A stretch of DNA of 39,817 nt from a virus. Its lineage: Duplodnaviria; Caudoviricetes. The DNA lies in the IMG/VR virus record IMGVR_UViG_3300046380_000002, positions 1 to 39,817 of that record. The stretch is one strand, 5' to 3'. The notes under the pieces are model-generated. The model saw only the letters and a list, made by a program, of their open reading frames with translations, made no database searches and was not told where the DNA came from. Below, piece after piece: positions 8,761-17,318 of this stretch. The position numbers and the translations under genes were made by a program. Position 1 is the first letter of the stretch. Each line of letters begins with the position of its first letter.

Positions 8761-8880
8761 ACCGGATAATCTATGCGCCATGCTGCAATAACACAACCCA
8801 ACCGGATAAAAAAATTTCCATACGGATAAGCGTGTCGTTTTGCGATTCACCGATCGGGTAGTAAGTTATCCATATGGACA
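8761..8880. promoter_or_regulatory. Divergent promoters and operators of the lysis/lysogeny switch
   Basis: Leftward TTGTGT(8796-8791)/TAGATT(8773-8768); rightward TTGCGA(8840)/TAAGTT(8862); 14-bp quasi-palindromes at 8795, 8815, 8847 and 8867. Confidence 0.75.
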
Positions 8881-9095
8881 CAAACGAAACCGTAGCCGAG
8901 ACCGTATCGGTAACCGTCAACCAGTCCGGCAAAAGCAAGCTATCAATCGCCAAGCACGCCGGAATCCCCTACACAACATTCACTCGCAAGCTTGAGGGTC
9001 ACGGCGACTTTACCATCCGTGAACTCGGATTAATAGCCGCAGCGATGGGCCTCACACTCAAGCACGTAATCCCAGCCGAAATGCTCGCAGCATGA
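8874..9095 (+). CDS. Cro-like HTH protein
   Basis: SKLSIAKHAGIPYTTFTRKLEG..DFT..EL HTH; first gene of the rightward early operon. Confidence 0.85.
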   Translation: MDTNETVAETVSVTVNQSGKSKLSIAKHAGIPYTTFTRKLEGHGDFTIRELGLIAAAMGLTLKHVIPAEMLAA

Positions 9096-9283
9096 ACACC
9101 GGCAAGCTCGCCTACAGCCTCGACGAAGCAGCCGCCGCAACCGGATACAGCGCAGACGTAATCCGCAGAGCACTCCGCGCCAATAGCCTCACCGCCAGAT
9201 ACGCAAACACCAAGCCAGTCATACTCGCAACAGAACTCACCTCATGGCTTGAATCACTCCCCGCAGAAGCACCCAGCAAGTAG
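9092..9283 (+). CDS. xis: Excisionase-like HTH protein
   Basis: LAYSLDEAAAATGYS..VIRRA....L.A...K.VI...EL..WL, the HTH_17/MerR-like Xis pattern; follows cro. Confidence 0.8.
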   Translation: MNTGKLAYSLDEAAAATGYSADVIRRALRANSLTARYANTKPVILATELTSWLESLPAEAPSK

Positions 9284-9299
9284 CACCACCCGCCGCAGC

Positions 9300-9380
9300 G
9301 CTTAGCGCCGGCCACCTCGCCCATCTCGGGCAACCACACAACAAAGTCCGTCGTTCACGGCAAGCCGCAAGGCTCTAAGC
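9300..9380 (+). ncRNA. Putative structured cis-acting RNA in the early operon
   Basis: GCTTAG/CTAAGC closes three hairpins (GCCC/GGGC, CCGT/ACGG, AGCC-GCAA-GGCT); contains a 19-mer also found at 21924. Confidence 0.45.
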
Positions 9381-9392
9381 AAGGGGACAGCT

Positions 9393-9608
9393 ATGCCCGA
9401 AACAGCTTTCATGACCGTCAAATCTTGGCTTCGTACCGCAGCAGAACGGCTCGACATTCCGTTGTCTAGTCGCCAAGCGCACAAGGTGACCAACGCGTAC
9501 ATCAACATTCTCAGCAACGAACAATACGACCGCCTCCACAAAGACCCAACCGGCGAAACCGCCGTGAAGAACGTCATGGCGTGGATGCAGAAAGGAGTTG
9601 CAGCATGA
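9393..9608 (+). CDS. Hypothetical protein (DPTGETAV motif)
   Basis: AAGGGGA RBS; ATGA overlap with the next gene. Confidence 0.75.
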   Translation: MPETAFMTVKSWLRTAAERLDIPLSSRQAHKVTNAYINILSNEQYDRLHKDPTGETAVKNVMAWMQKGVAA

Positions 9609-9826
9609 GTAATAGAGAGAACGTCGCAGCCGGGATCCTGCTCAAATCCATGGGTGAGAATCCGCGCCGACTCGTCCCCGGATCGCTCGGGATTCGAGGG
9701 CGCTCCGTTGACTGGACGGAGACTTGCAACAACAAGTGCACCTGCCTGCATTCACGTTGCAGCAACGCGAGCATGGACGCCCTGGATGCCTACTTTGGTG
9801 CGCTGGAACCTGACGCCAAAGCATGA
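9605..9826 (+). CDS. Hypothetical Cys-rich protein
   Basis: AAAGGAG RBS; ATGA overlaps at both ends; CNNKCTCLHSRC. Confidence 0.65.
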   Translation: MSNRENVAAGILLKSMGENPRRLVPGSLGIRGRSVDWTETCNNKCTCLHSRCSNASMDALDAYFGALEPDAKA

Positions 9827-9939
9827 TGCCTATCCACGCCGTCGGCCTAGCGTTCTTCCTTATCACCACGACGGCGGGCGCAGTGATCGCGTCCGTTGGT
9901 TGGGTCTTGGATGCTCGCCAGGCCCGCCACACCAAATAA
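9823..9939 (+). CDS. Small membrane protein (38 aa)
   Basis: MMPIHAVGLAFFLITTTAGAVIASVGWVLDARQARHTK; ATGA coupling; below the ORF-track length cutoff. Confidence 0.55.
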   Translation: MMPIHAVGLAFFLITTTAGAVIASVGWVLDARQARHTK

Positions 9940-9955
9940 CCCCACCCCAACAAGC

Positions 9956-9996
9956 GGGGCAGACACCGCGCATGGTGCCTGCCCCTTTTCATACCC
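9956..9996 (+). terminator. Intrinsic terminator-like hairpin
   Basis: GGGGCAGACACC/GGTGCCTGCCCC followed by TTTTCATACCC. Confidence 0.7.
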
Positions 9997-10018
9997 ATCT
10001 ATCGAAGGAAATTATCTC

Positions 10019-10519
10019 ATGAACGACTTCAAAGCAGGCGACCGAGTTGAGTACACGGGCGCCACATCCAAACACAAGGCCGGGCTCAGGGGAACAGTGT
10101 CGAGAGCCCATGGCAGCACCATCTATGTCAACTTTGATGACGGCTCCGATTGCTTCGGGGCATTCTCGTACAGTCTCACGAAGCTGACAGCCCCCGACGT
10201 CATCACCATCGTCCGCGCCGACCTGCCCGAGGTGACCGTGGACGGGCAGCACCTGCTCGCGGGCAAAAACATCTTCGGGCGATTCCTTGACGCGGATGGC
10301 CACCGGAAAATGGCGTTATCGCAACTCGCCGTCGCTGAATACATGGAGGCCGAGGAAAGAACCAAGGCCAAGCCGACCAAGCGCCGGGACGAACTGGCCA
10401 AGGTGGTTGCCAAGAATGCTGACTGGGTTGGCTGGCGTGGCGCTCTTTACGTCAACCACTCGATCGAGGCACGGGCAGCAATCGACATGATGATCGTGGC
10501 GGAGGCCAACCGTGGCTAG
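10019..10519 (+). CDS. Hypothetical protein with N-terminal SH3/KOW-like domain
   Basis: GAAGGAA RBS; FKAGDRVEY...G..GTV......YVNFDDG. Confidence 0.75.
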   Translation: MNDFKAGDRVEYTGATSKHKAGLRGTVSRAHGSTIYVNFDDGSDCFGAFSYSLTKLTAPDVITIVRADLPEVTVDGQHLLAGKNIFGRFLDADGHRKMALSQLAVAEYMEAEERTKAKPTKRRDELAKVVAKNADWVGWRGALYVNHSIEARAAIDMMIVAEANRG

Positions 10520-10787
10520 CCCCGCAGCACTTGAGGATCTTGCGTGGAAGGACGATGCGCAGGACTGGTTGGACTCGTGGGCGTGGTCTGGCTTGACGTT
10601 TACGGCCGAGGATATGCGGCGTGCGTTTCGGTTGCCGCCTCATCCGAATATGACTGGTGCCGCGTTTCAGGCGGCTCGTCATCGTGGCGTGATTCGCGCC
10701 GTTGGTTTCATCGAATCAACTACCCCATCCAGGAATCGTGCCGTGATCCGTGTCTGGCGCGGCGTTACTGAAGGAGTCACCCCATGA
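10512..10787 (+). CDS. Hypothetical winged-helix-like protein
   Basis: GGAGG RBS; FTAEDMR...P.HPN..GA.F..A...GVI..VG...S..PSR.....VW. Confidence 0.75.
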   Translation: MASPAALEDLAWKDDAQDWLDSWAWSGLTFTAEDMRRAFRLPPHPNMTGAAFQAARHRGVIRAVGFIESTTPSRNRAVIRVWRGVTEGVTP

Positions 10788-10957
10788 TCGCCGCGGAGTT
10801 GTTGGCGGCTGATCGTGCCCAGCGTGTGCATGACATTGCCGTGTTGGAGGGGTACCGGCTGCGGGCGTTGTGTCTGGGCCCGGCAGGTACTGAGGTGCTG
10901 GCCGCAATTGAGCATGAGCTGGCTGTGGAGCGTCGAGAGTTGGAGGCCCACGAATGA
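10784..10957 (+). CDS. Hypothetical protein (57 aa)
   Basis: AAGGAG RBS; ATGA overlaps; MIAAELLAADRAQRVHDIAVLEGY... Confidence 0.6.
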   Translation: MIAAELLAADRAQRVHDIAVLEGYRLRALCLGPAGTEVLAAIEHELAVERRELEAHE

Positions 10958-11181
10958 ACGCCGCCTTCTACCTACTCATCGCCGCCTGCTTACTGGGCGC
11001 GTTCATCCCGTACTTTCACCGGCAAGACCAAGACCACAAGGAGACCACCATGACTGACATTCACTCTGCCAAGTTCGCTGTGCCCCGCCATATCCCGAAG
11101 CAAGACCGTGAAGCCGCGGTCAGGTTGGTTGAGACGCAGCCGGACGCGGACCAACTCAAGGAAATGCTGGGACTCGGGTGA
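10954..11181 (+). CDS. Hypothetical protein (N-terminal TM; possible internal start at 11050)
   Basis: GGAGG RBS; a second strong RBS (AAGGAG) precedes in-frame ATG 11050. Confidence 0.6.
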   Translation: MNAAFYLLIAACLLGAFIPYFHRQDQDHKETTMTDIHSAKFAVPRHIPKQDREAAVRLVETQPDADQLKEMLGLG

Positions 11182-11351
11182 GCGAATACTGCGACACGGT
11201 CACCTTCCGCGGATCCGTCGAGGAACCGCCCGAGTACTGCGAAAACGAACCCATCGAAGGCACCGACAAATGCCCGCGACACACCGACGACAGAGACTGG
11301 GACGCCATCCGCGACTCAGCCATCGAACAACGACTTGAGGACACAAAATGA
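11178..11351 (+). CDS. Hypothetical Cys/His protein (57 aa)
   Basis: GTGA overlap; YC...PPEYCENEPIEGTDKCPRH; ATGA overlap with the ATPase gene. Confidence 0.6.
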   Translation: MSEYCDTVTFRGSVEEPPEYCENEPIEGTDKCPRHTDDRDWDAIRDSAIEQRLEDTK

Positions 11352-12559
11352 GTACCATCGAATCACTGAACATCAGCAACTTCCAGCGCGTCAGTGCTAT
11401 CAAGATTGAGCCGACCAACAATATCATCGCCCTGTTTGGCAAGAACGCGAACGGCAAGACGAGCGTCCTTGAAGCCGTCGAGACGACGCTGCGCCCGTTC
11501 AATGGCCGCGTCACCAAGCGCCCGATCAAGGACGGTGCTGGCCGTGCTGACATCCACATCAAGCTGACTGATGGCACACTCCTGCACCAGAAGTTCACCC
11601 CATCCGGCCCAACTCTCGCAGGCAAGGGCCCGGACGGCTCAAAGCTGGGACAGAAGGACTTGGACGCGGCGATCAGCGCGTTGGGTGTGGATGCCCTGGC
11701 GTTCATCCATGCTGGCGAAAAGAAGCAGCTCGAAACGTTGCTTTCCATCGTGGACTTGCCGTTTGTTCCTGCCGAGCTGGACGCCAAGCGGAAAGCAGTT
11801 GAGGCTGAGCGATTGAGTGTTGGACAGCAGGGCAAGGCCATTGGTGACGTGGTGGTGGACGCCAGCCTGCCGACCGAGGAAACCAGCGCTGGCGAGATCA
11901 TCGCCGCCATTAGGGCGGCGGAGGAAGCCGAGCGGGAAGTGCTCGCGGCTGAGAACAGCGCCCGGATCGCTGCCGGGAACGTGAGCGACCTCAAGACTAA
12001 GATCTCCGCACTGACTGCAGAGCTCGCCGACTGGGAGAACGAACTGAAAGAACGCTCCGCAGCGCTGGATGTATTGCAGAGTCCCGCCGATCCTGCGCCA
12101 CTTGAGGCCAAGCTGGCCGTGGTTGAGGAATCCAACGCAGCTATCCGGGCGAACAACACGGCCCGCGCACAGTCCGCCCGACAGGACGAGCTGCGCGCCA
12201 AGTACACCGAGCTGACCGAACAGATCAAGGCTATCGACAAGACCAAGGCTGACGGACTCGCTAAGGCCATCATGCCGATTGAGGGTCTGGACTTCGACAG
12301 CGAGGGCGTGCTCTACCAAGGCATCCCGTTCAGCCGCGCATCCGGCGCCGAACAGGTCATTGTTTCGCTGGCCATGCTCATCGCGACCAACCCAGAAATC
12401 CGGGTCGCGATCATCCGCAACGGCAACGTGCTGGACGCCGGTTCGCTGCAAGTCATTCAGGACATGTGCGAGGCCACGAACTTCCAGGTATTCATCGAGT
12501 TCGTTAGCGACTCCGAAGACCATGAGTTCCTGATCGTAGACGGCGAGCTTGCATCATGA
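11348..12559 (+). CDS. SMC/Rad50-like ABC ATPase
   Basis: Walker A GKNANGKTS, long central coiled coil, signature-like ASGAEQ, degenerate Walker B/D-loop IIRNGNVLD. Confidence 0.85.
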   Translation: MSTIESLNISNFQRVSAIKIEPTNNIIALFGKNANGKTSVLEAVETTLRPFNGRVTKRPIKDGAGRADIHIKLTDGTLLHQKFTPSGPTLAGKGPDGSKLGQKDLDAAISALGVDALAFIHAGEKKQLETLLSIVDLPFVPAELDAKRKAVEAERLSVGQQGKAIGDVVVDASLPTEETSAGEIIAAIRAAEEAEREVLAAENSARIAAGNVSDLKTKISALTAELADWENELKERSAALDVLQSPADPAPLEAKLAVVEESNAAIRANNTARAQSARQDELRAKYTELTEQIKAIDKTKADGLAKAIMPIEGLDFDSEGVLYQGIPFSRASGAEQVIVSLAMLIATNPEIRVAIIRNGNVLDAGSLQVIQDMCEATNFQVFIEFVSDSEDHEFLIVDGELAS

Positions 12560-13524
12560 TCATCAAGACAGGTGCGCGGTCGGTGCATCCGAAACTGGAT
12601 ATGCCGCCCGGAGTTATTCCGGCCGCCATGGTGGAACGTATCGGCAAGGCGGGACTGGCCAAGCTCATCCAGCCACCATCCCCGGCGCCGGCCAAGCTGG
12701 AGCCGTTCGGCCCTGGCGTCTATCCCGGCATCAAGAACCGCGACTACCACGCAGACCCGGCGCTCGGCTCGACGTCACTCAAAACTCTTGCCCTCCGCAC
12801 GCCGGCGCATTGGAAGTGGGAGTCTGAGCATCCGGTCCACAAGGACGTTTACGACATTGGAACGCTTGCGCACAGTCTGATCCTCGAGGAAGACACGACA
12901 CTGCACCAAGTGATCGACGTCGAGGACAAGCGCGGCAATAAGTGGACCATCCCGGCGAACGAGGCCAAAGCGAACGGGCTGATCCCGGTAACGCCGAAAG
13001 AGTGGGCGGGCATCGTTGCCATGCGCGACTCGGTCATGGCGCACCCGCTGGCCAGGAACGCGTTCACTGGGCACCGCGCCGAGGAGTCCGTGTTCTGGGA
13101 CGAGGACGGACAGATGTTCAAAGCCCGCCCGGATGCCTGGAAGCCGGGACTCGTTGCGGACCTCAAGACGACCGTGGACGCGAACCCGAATGAGTTCGGC
13201 AAGACCGCGTTCAACTTCGGATACTTCATGAGTGCGGCGCACTACATCGACGGGGTGAAGTCGGCCACGGGCGAAGACGTGAAGTTCTCGTTCGTAAATG
13301 TCGAGAAGACCGCGCCATACCTTGTGTCCGTTGTTGAGCTTGATGACTACACGCTCGATTGTGGCCGCCAAATGCTTGAGCGAGCTAAGACCATCTACCG
13401 CGAATGCACCGAGACTGGCAACTGGCCGGGATACCCAAGCGTGGAACCAGTCGGACTTCCCGCCTACGCCAACTACCAACTGGACGACCTACTTGGCCTG
13501 TCCATCGAAGGAGACATTTTCTGA
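12556..13524 (+). CDS. RecE-like PD-(D/E)XK exonuclease (DUF3799-like)
   Basis: YHADPALGSTSLK, GT..H..ILE, AE.S.FW, KARPD, DLKTT, VEK..PY, W.GY motifs. Confidence 0.88.
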   Translation: MIIKTGARSVHPKLDMPPGVIPAAMVERIGKAGLAKLIQPPSPAPAKLEPFGPGVYPGIKNRDYHADPALGSTSLKTLALRTPAHWKWESEHPVHKDVYDIGTLAHSLILEEDTTLHQVIDVEDKRGNKWTIPANEAKANGLIPVTPKEWAGIVAMRDSVMAHPLARNAFTGHRAEESVFWDEDGQMFKARPDAWKPGLVADLKTTVDANPNEFGKTAFNFGYFMSAAHYIDGVKSATGEDVKFSFVNVEKTAPYLVSVVELDDYTLDCGRQMLERAKTIYRECTETGNWPGYPSVEPVGLPAYANYQLDDLLGLSIEGDIF

Positions 13525-14102
13525 TGAGTGACATCTCGGAAACACTCGCACCAAAGAGTGATCAGCAAGGGTTCGATGACTACCTCACCGGGCCGCGAAC
13601 CGTAACTATTGCGAGCGTTGAAGTGAAGGTAGGCACTGAGCAGCCAGTGGTTGCCGAGCTTGTTGAGTATCCCGGCAGGCCATACAAGCCGAACAAGAGC
13701 ATGCGTCGCGTGCTGGCCAAGGCGTGGGGTCCGGACTCTGATGTTTGGATTGGGCGCCGGCTCACCCTGTTCGGAAACCCTGCCGTCATATGGGCAGGCA
13801 AGCCGACTGGTGGTGTCGAGATAAGCCACATGAGCCACCTCGACAAGCCCTTGACGATGCCACTCACGGCATCGAAGGGCAAGCGCAAGAACTTCACCGT
13901 CCAACCCCTCGCCGCACCTGTACAGCGCAACTGGTCCGCGGAGATCGACGCGGCTGACATCGACACTTTGAAGGCGTTGTGGAGTCAAGCGCCCGAGAGT
14001 TTCCGGCAAACCATCGAGACCCGGGCAGCGCAACTGAAAGAGTCTGCCGTCCAGCAGTCAACCGGCAGCATGTTGCCGAACGATGACGAAACCACGTACT
14101 AA
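13524..14102 (+). CDS. Conserved phage protein in the recombinase slot (candidate ssDNA-binding/annealing protein)
   Basis: Translationally coupled to the exonuclease; PKSDQ..DD...GP.TVTI, Y.P.KSMRRVL..AWG, GRRLTL, GG..ISHMSH; acidic C-terminus. Confidence 0.8.
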   Translation: MSDISETLAPKSDQQGFDDYLTGPRTVTIASVEVKVGTEQPVVAELVEYPGRPYKPNKSMRRVLAKAWGPDSDVWIGRRLTLFGNPAVIWAGKPTGGVEISHMSHLDKPLTMPLTASKGKRKNFTVQPLAAPVQRNWSAEIDAADIDTLKALWSQAPESFRQTIETRAAQLKESAVQQSTGSMLPNDDETTY

Positions 14103-14145
14103 CCCACCCAGAAACACCCAAACCGGCAACAACCTGCCGAAACCC

Positions 14146-14176
14146 AAGCGCCCACCGAGGCGCTTTTTTCATGCCA
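14146..14176 (+). terminator. Intrinsic terminator-like hairpin
   Basis: AAGCGCC/GGCGCTT followed by TTTTCATGCC. Confidence 0.7.
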
Positions 14177-14194
14177 AAAACCAAGGAGAACCCC

Positions 14195-15091
14195 ATGTCC
14201 CACTTCAAAGTCCTCGTCATCGGGGACGACATCGAAACCCAGCTGGAACCGTTCAACGAGAACAAGGAAACCGAGGCGTACCAAGACACTGATTTCATCT
14301 ACGCCGATGAGGTCAAAACGGCCCGCAGCTTCTACGAGCGGAATCCCGATCTTGAACCGGAGATCGACCGTGCTAGCGACCACGCCGTTTTGACCGGATA
14401 CAAGGAAGGCGAAGATCTGCGCTGGAACGACGACAAGACCGAGGCCACCCTCTGGTCGACGTACAACCCGGATTCCAAGTGGGACTGGTGGACCATCGGC
14501 GGACGCTACAACACCTCCATGCGGATCAAGCCTGACGCCAACGCCGACGACTTCACACCATCAGCGGTGCACTGGACCGAAGGGCATGGCAACGAGGCTG
14601 ACCATCATGGCGCTTCCGACCACGCACGTAAGCGAGCAATCGACTACCCAGCCATGATCGCCAAGCAGCGCGCTGATGCTGAGGCTGCGTGGGACAAGCT
14701 GACCGCATCCACCATGGGCATCGAACCGCCAGCGTCAGGCTGGGCGGATATTCGCGAACGCCACACGGACATTGACGATGCGCGCCGCGAGCACAACGCC
14801 CACCCATGGAACACAGCTACACGCAAGGCTGGCTTCTGGGATGCCTATGAAGACTTCCACATGGCCGCCGCTGATCCACGCGCCTCTTATATTGCCGACC
14901 GCGAAGCATCTGCAGTCGGCGGCTACTACGCCGTCCTGCACGACGGCGAATGGACAGCACGCGGCGACATGGGCTGGTTCGGCATGAGCAGCAACGAAAC
15001 CGACAGGGCAAGTTGGGTTTCCAAGGTCAGCGAGCTAATTGACGGCCTGCCGGATGACACCTGGCTCACCACTGTGGATTGCCACATCTAA
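14195..15091 (+). CDS. Conserved hypothetical phage protein (NP..KWDW..IGGR ... VDCHI)
   Basis: AAGGAG RBS; MSHF.VLV, YNPDSKWDWWTIGGR, G.MGWFG, C-terminal VDCHI. Confidence 0.85.
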   Translation: MSHFKVLVIGDDIETQLEPFNENKETEAYQDTDFIYADEVKTARSFYERNPDLEPEIDRASDHAVLTGYKEGEDLRWNDDKTEATLWSTYNPDSKWDWWTIGGRYNTSMRIKPDANADDFTPSAVHWTEGHGNEADHHGASDHARKRAIDYPAMIAKQRADAEAAWDKLTASTMGIEPPASGWADIRERHTDIDDARREHNAHPWNTATRKAGFWDAYEDFHMAAADPRASYIADREASAVGGYYAVLHDGEWTARGDMGWFGMSSNETDRASWVSKVSELIDGLPDDTWLTTVDCHI

Positions 15092-15157
15092 CCCACCCCA
15101 CACCCCGCCCTGCGCCGGTCACCACGACAGCGCAGGGCAACGACTTAGGAGACTTTC

Positions 15158-15511
15158 ATGAACGACAAAGAACGCCCCTACCTGGACGGCCTGCTGTCAT
15201 GGGCCAAGGAACTTGCCGATCCCGATTGGTGCCTGTCAGTGCCAGCCGTTGCCAAGACTGCACTTATCCAGCTGGTCACCGTTATTGAGAATGCCAAGCC
15301 CCGCACCATCACGACCGTGGAAGAACTCGACGCGCTGCCGATGGGGTCGAAGGTAGTGAGTGCCGGGTACGAGTGGACCAAGAATTACGCAACGACCAAC
15401 ACCCCGTCCGGCGGCATTGAGCGCGAAGTCTGGTTCAACGTATACGACGACTTTGATATGTCCGAAGATCTCGCCCTCCCCGCAGTCGTCCTGCACGAGC
15501 CCGCCCAGTGA
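15158..15511 (+). CDS. Hypothetical protein (PRTITTVEELDALP.GS motif)
   Basis: TAGGAG RBS; motif recurrent in actinophage early proteins. Confidence 0.75.
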   Translation: MNDKERPYLDGLLSWAKELADPDWCLSVPAVAKTALIQLVTVIENAKPRTITTVEELDALPMGSKVVSAGYEWTKNYATTNTPSGGIEREVWFNVYDDFDMSEDLALPAVVLHEPAQ

Positions 15512-15705
15512 CGGCGGATCTTTGCTGCCCGTCCTGCAAGGGTGCTCTGGGTCTGTGCCTGGATCGGAACTGCCTGCATCATCAGCAGGCCCGGCGCCGG
15601 GAGGACGCTGATGACCGGTCAACGCGGCTCTACCGTGACCCGACAGCGAACCAGGCCATCAACAACCTGACCCGCCGACCACGCACCCGAGGCAGGCGAC
15701 GGTGA
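15508..15705 (+). CDS. Hypothetical Zn-binding protein (YRDPTA motif)
   Basis: GTGA overlaps; CCPSC..C....C..H. Confidence 0.65.
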   Translation: MTADLCCPSCKGALGLCLDRNCLHHQQARRREDADDRSTRLYRDPTANQAINNLTRRPRTRGRRR

Positions 15706-16082
15706 GCGGGTACGTCTACCGCGGGACCCAGCCGTTCGTGCGGAATGATCTGACCGAGGCCGAGCCGGAACCAGAGCTGCAGCCGATACGCAAAGCCCAG
15801 GGCCACGGCACACCAGCACGAGCCCGGCAACACTACAGGGACCGCGAGAAGCCATGCGCCTCATGCCATGCCGCATTCACCCAATACCAGCAAGACGTCC
15901 GCAACGGGGCAGGCAAACCACGCAAAACCGCGGCGCACGGCACCTACTCCGGCTACAGCGCACACAAACGCCGAGGCGAAACACCCTGCGACGACTGCGC
16001 CGAAGCAGGCCGCAAATACAAACGCGAATACCGGGCCCGCCGAAAAGCCGCAGCCAACGAGATCGCATCCGACCAACAATGA
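15702..16082 (+). CDS. Hypothetical protein with two HGT..H....CxxC repeats
   Basis: HGTPARARQHYRDREKPCASC and HGTYSGYSAHKRRGETPCDDC. Confidence 0.8.
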   Translation: MSGYVYRGTQPFVRNDLTEAEPEPELQPIRKAQGHGTPARARQHYRDREKPCASCHAAFTQYQQDVRNGAGKPRKTAAHGTYSGYSAHKRRGETPCDDCAEAGRKYKREYRARRKAAANEIASDQQ

Positions 16083-16094
16083 AGGAGGTAAGAC

Positions 16095-16736
16095 ATGAAG
16101 ACAGTTATCAGCCTTTGCGACCTGACCGGAAACGCCGTAGCACCGTGGGTGGAGGCCGGGTATGCAGCTTTCCTAGTAGACCCGCAACACGGCACGACAA
16201 GGGTTGATGGTGCGGTTACGAAGTTCGCCGGCACCATCGAGGATGCCATGCCGGCCATTGGCGAACTCATCCGAAGCGGTGACGTGGCGGCGGTCTTCGG
16301 CTTCCCTCCTTGCACCGACATGGCGGTGAGCGGCGCCCGCTGGTTTGAGACGAAGCGGGCCGCGGACAAGATGTTCCAGGCAAAGGCCGTCATGATCGCC
16401 GAGCAGTGCCGAACGGTTGGCCGGCTGGCCGGCGCACCTTGGTTCGTCGAGAATCCAGTCAGCGTCCTTTCGTCCGCTTTCGGCAAGCCGCAGCACACCT
16501 TCCATCCTGCCGAATACACCGCCTACGAGCCGGCCGACAACTACACCAAGAAGACCTGCCTATGGGTCGGGGGGGGGCTTGTGATGCCGCAGCCGGCTAA
16601 AGACAACACGCTGGGGCCGGCAGACAACCGCATCCACATGGCAAGCCCTGGGCCCGAGCGGGCAAACTTCCGCAGTGCAACGCCCATGGGATTCGCACGG
16701 GCATTGTTTGAGGCCAACCACAAGGAAGGAGGCTGA
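16095..16736 (+). CDS. DNA cytosine-C5 methyltransferase-like protein
   Basis: Motif IV FPPCT, motif VI ENP, degenerate motif I SLCDLTG; AAGGAGG RBS. Confidence 0.75.
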   Translation: MKTVISLCDLTGNAVAPWVEAGYAAFLVDPQHGTTRVDGAVTKFAGTIEDAMPAIGELIRSGDVAAVFGFPPCTDMAVSGARWFETKRAADKMFQAKAVMIAEQCRTVGRLAGAPWFVENPVSVLSSAFGKPQHTFHPAEYTAYEPADNYTKKTCLWVGGGLVMPQPAKDNTLGPADNRIHMASPGPERANFRSATPMGFARALFEANHKEGG

Positions 16737-16739
16737 GTT

Positions 16740-17318
16740 GTGACTGAGAAGGATGAGCGCCCGTTCATCAAGATCACGCTCGATTACCTGGACAACCCGA
16801 AGATCGACGCGCTCAGTGACTCCGGGATCATCCTGCACCTGTCGCTGATCTTGAAGGCGGGGCACCAGCAGCGGGACGGCTTAGTGTCCTCGCGCCTATG
16901 CGTGGCCCGCGGCGCTGGCCCCTTGGAGGAATTGGTGACAGGCGGATTGCTGGCCCGAATTGATGAACTCACCTACCAACTACTCGACATCGGGGACTTC
17001 CTGAAGCTCAGAGGGGATGGTGACATCTGGCGATCACCGCTAACAGTGCGTAGGGCTCAAATCCCATTGGCGCTACGCCTCGAAATCTACGCCAGGGACG
17101 GCTACCAATGCGTCACATGCGGTTCCATTGTCGATCTGTCGCTGGACCATATTCACCCTTGGTCGCTCGGCGGCAGCGACGAAAGGGAGAACCTTCAGAC
17201 TATGTGCCGCCCATGCAATTCAAGGAAAGGAGCCAAGGTTGTCGAAGGACACCCGGCCGTACTTCACGGTCACAAACGAACTATTCCGCCACCCCAAATG
17301 GACCGGGCTACCCAATGA
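16740..17318 (+). CDS. Rep-like winged-helix domain fused to HNH endonuclease
   Basis: C-terminal RDGYQCVTCG...LDHIHP..GG.....NLQTMCRPCNSRKG; N-terminus resembles the next gene. Confidence 0.85.
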   Translation: MTEKDERPFIKITLDYLDNPKIDALSDSGIILHLSLILKAGHQQRDGLVSSRLCVARGAGPLEELVTGGLLARIDELTYQLLDIGDFLKLRGDGDIWRSPLTVRRAQIPLALRLEIYARDGYQCVTCGSIVDLSLDHIHPWSLGGSDERENLQTMCRPCNSRKGAKVVEGHPAVLHGHKRTIPPPQMDRATQ

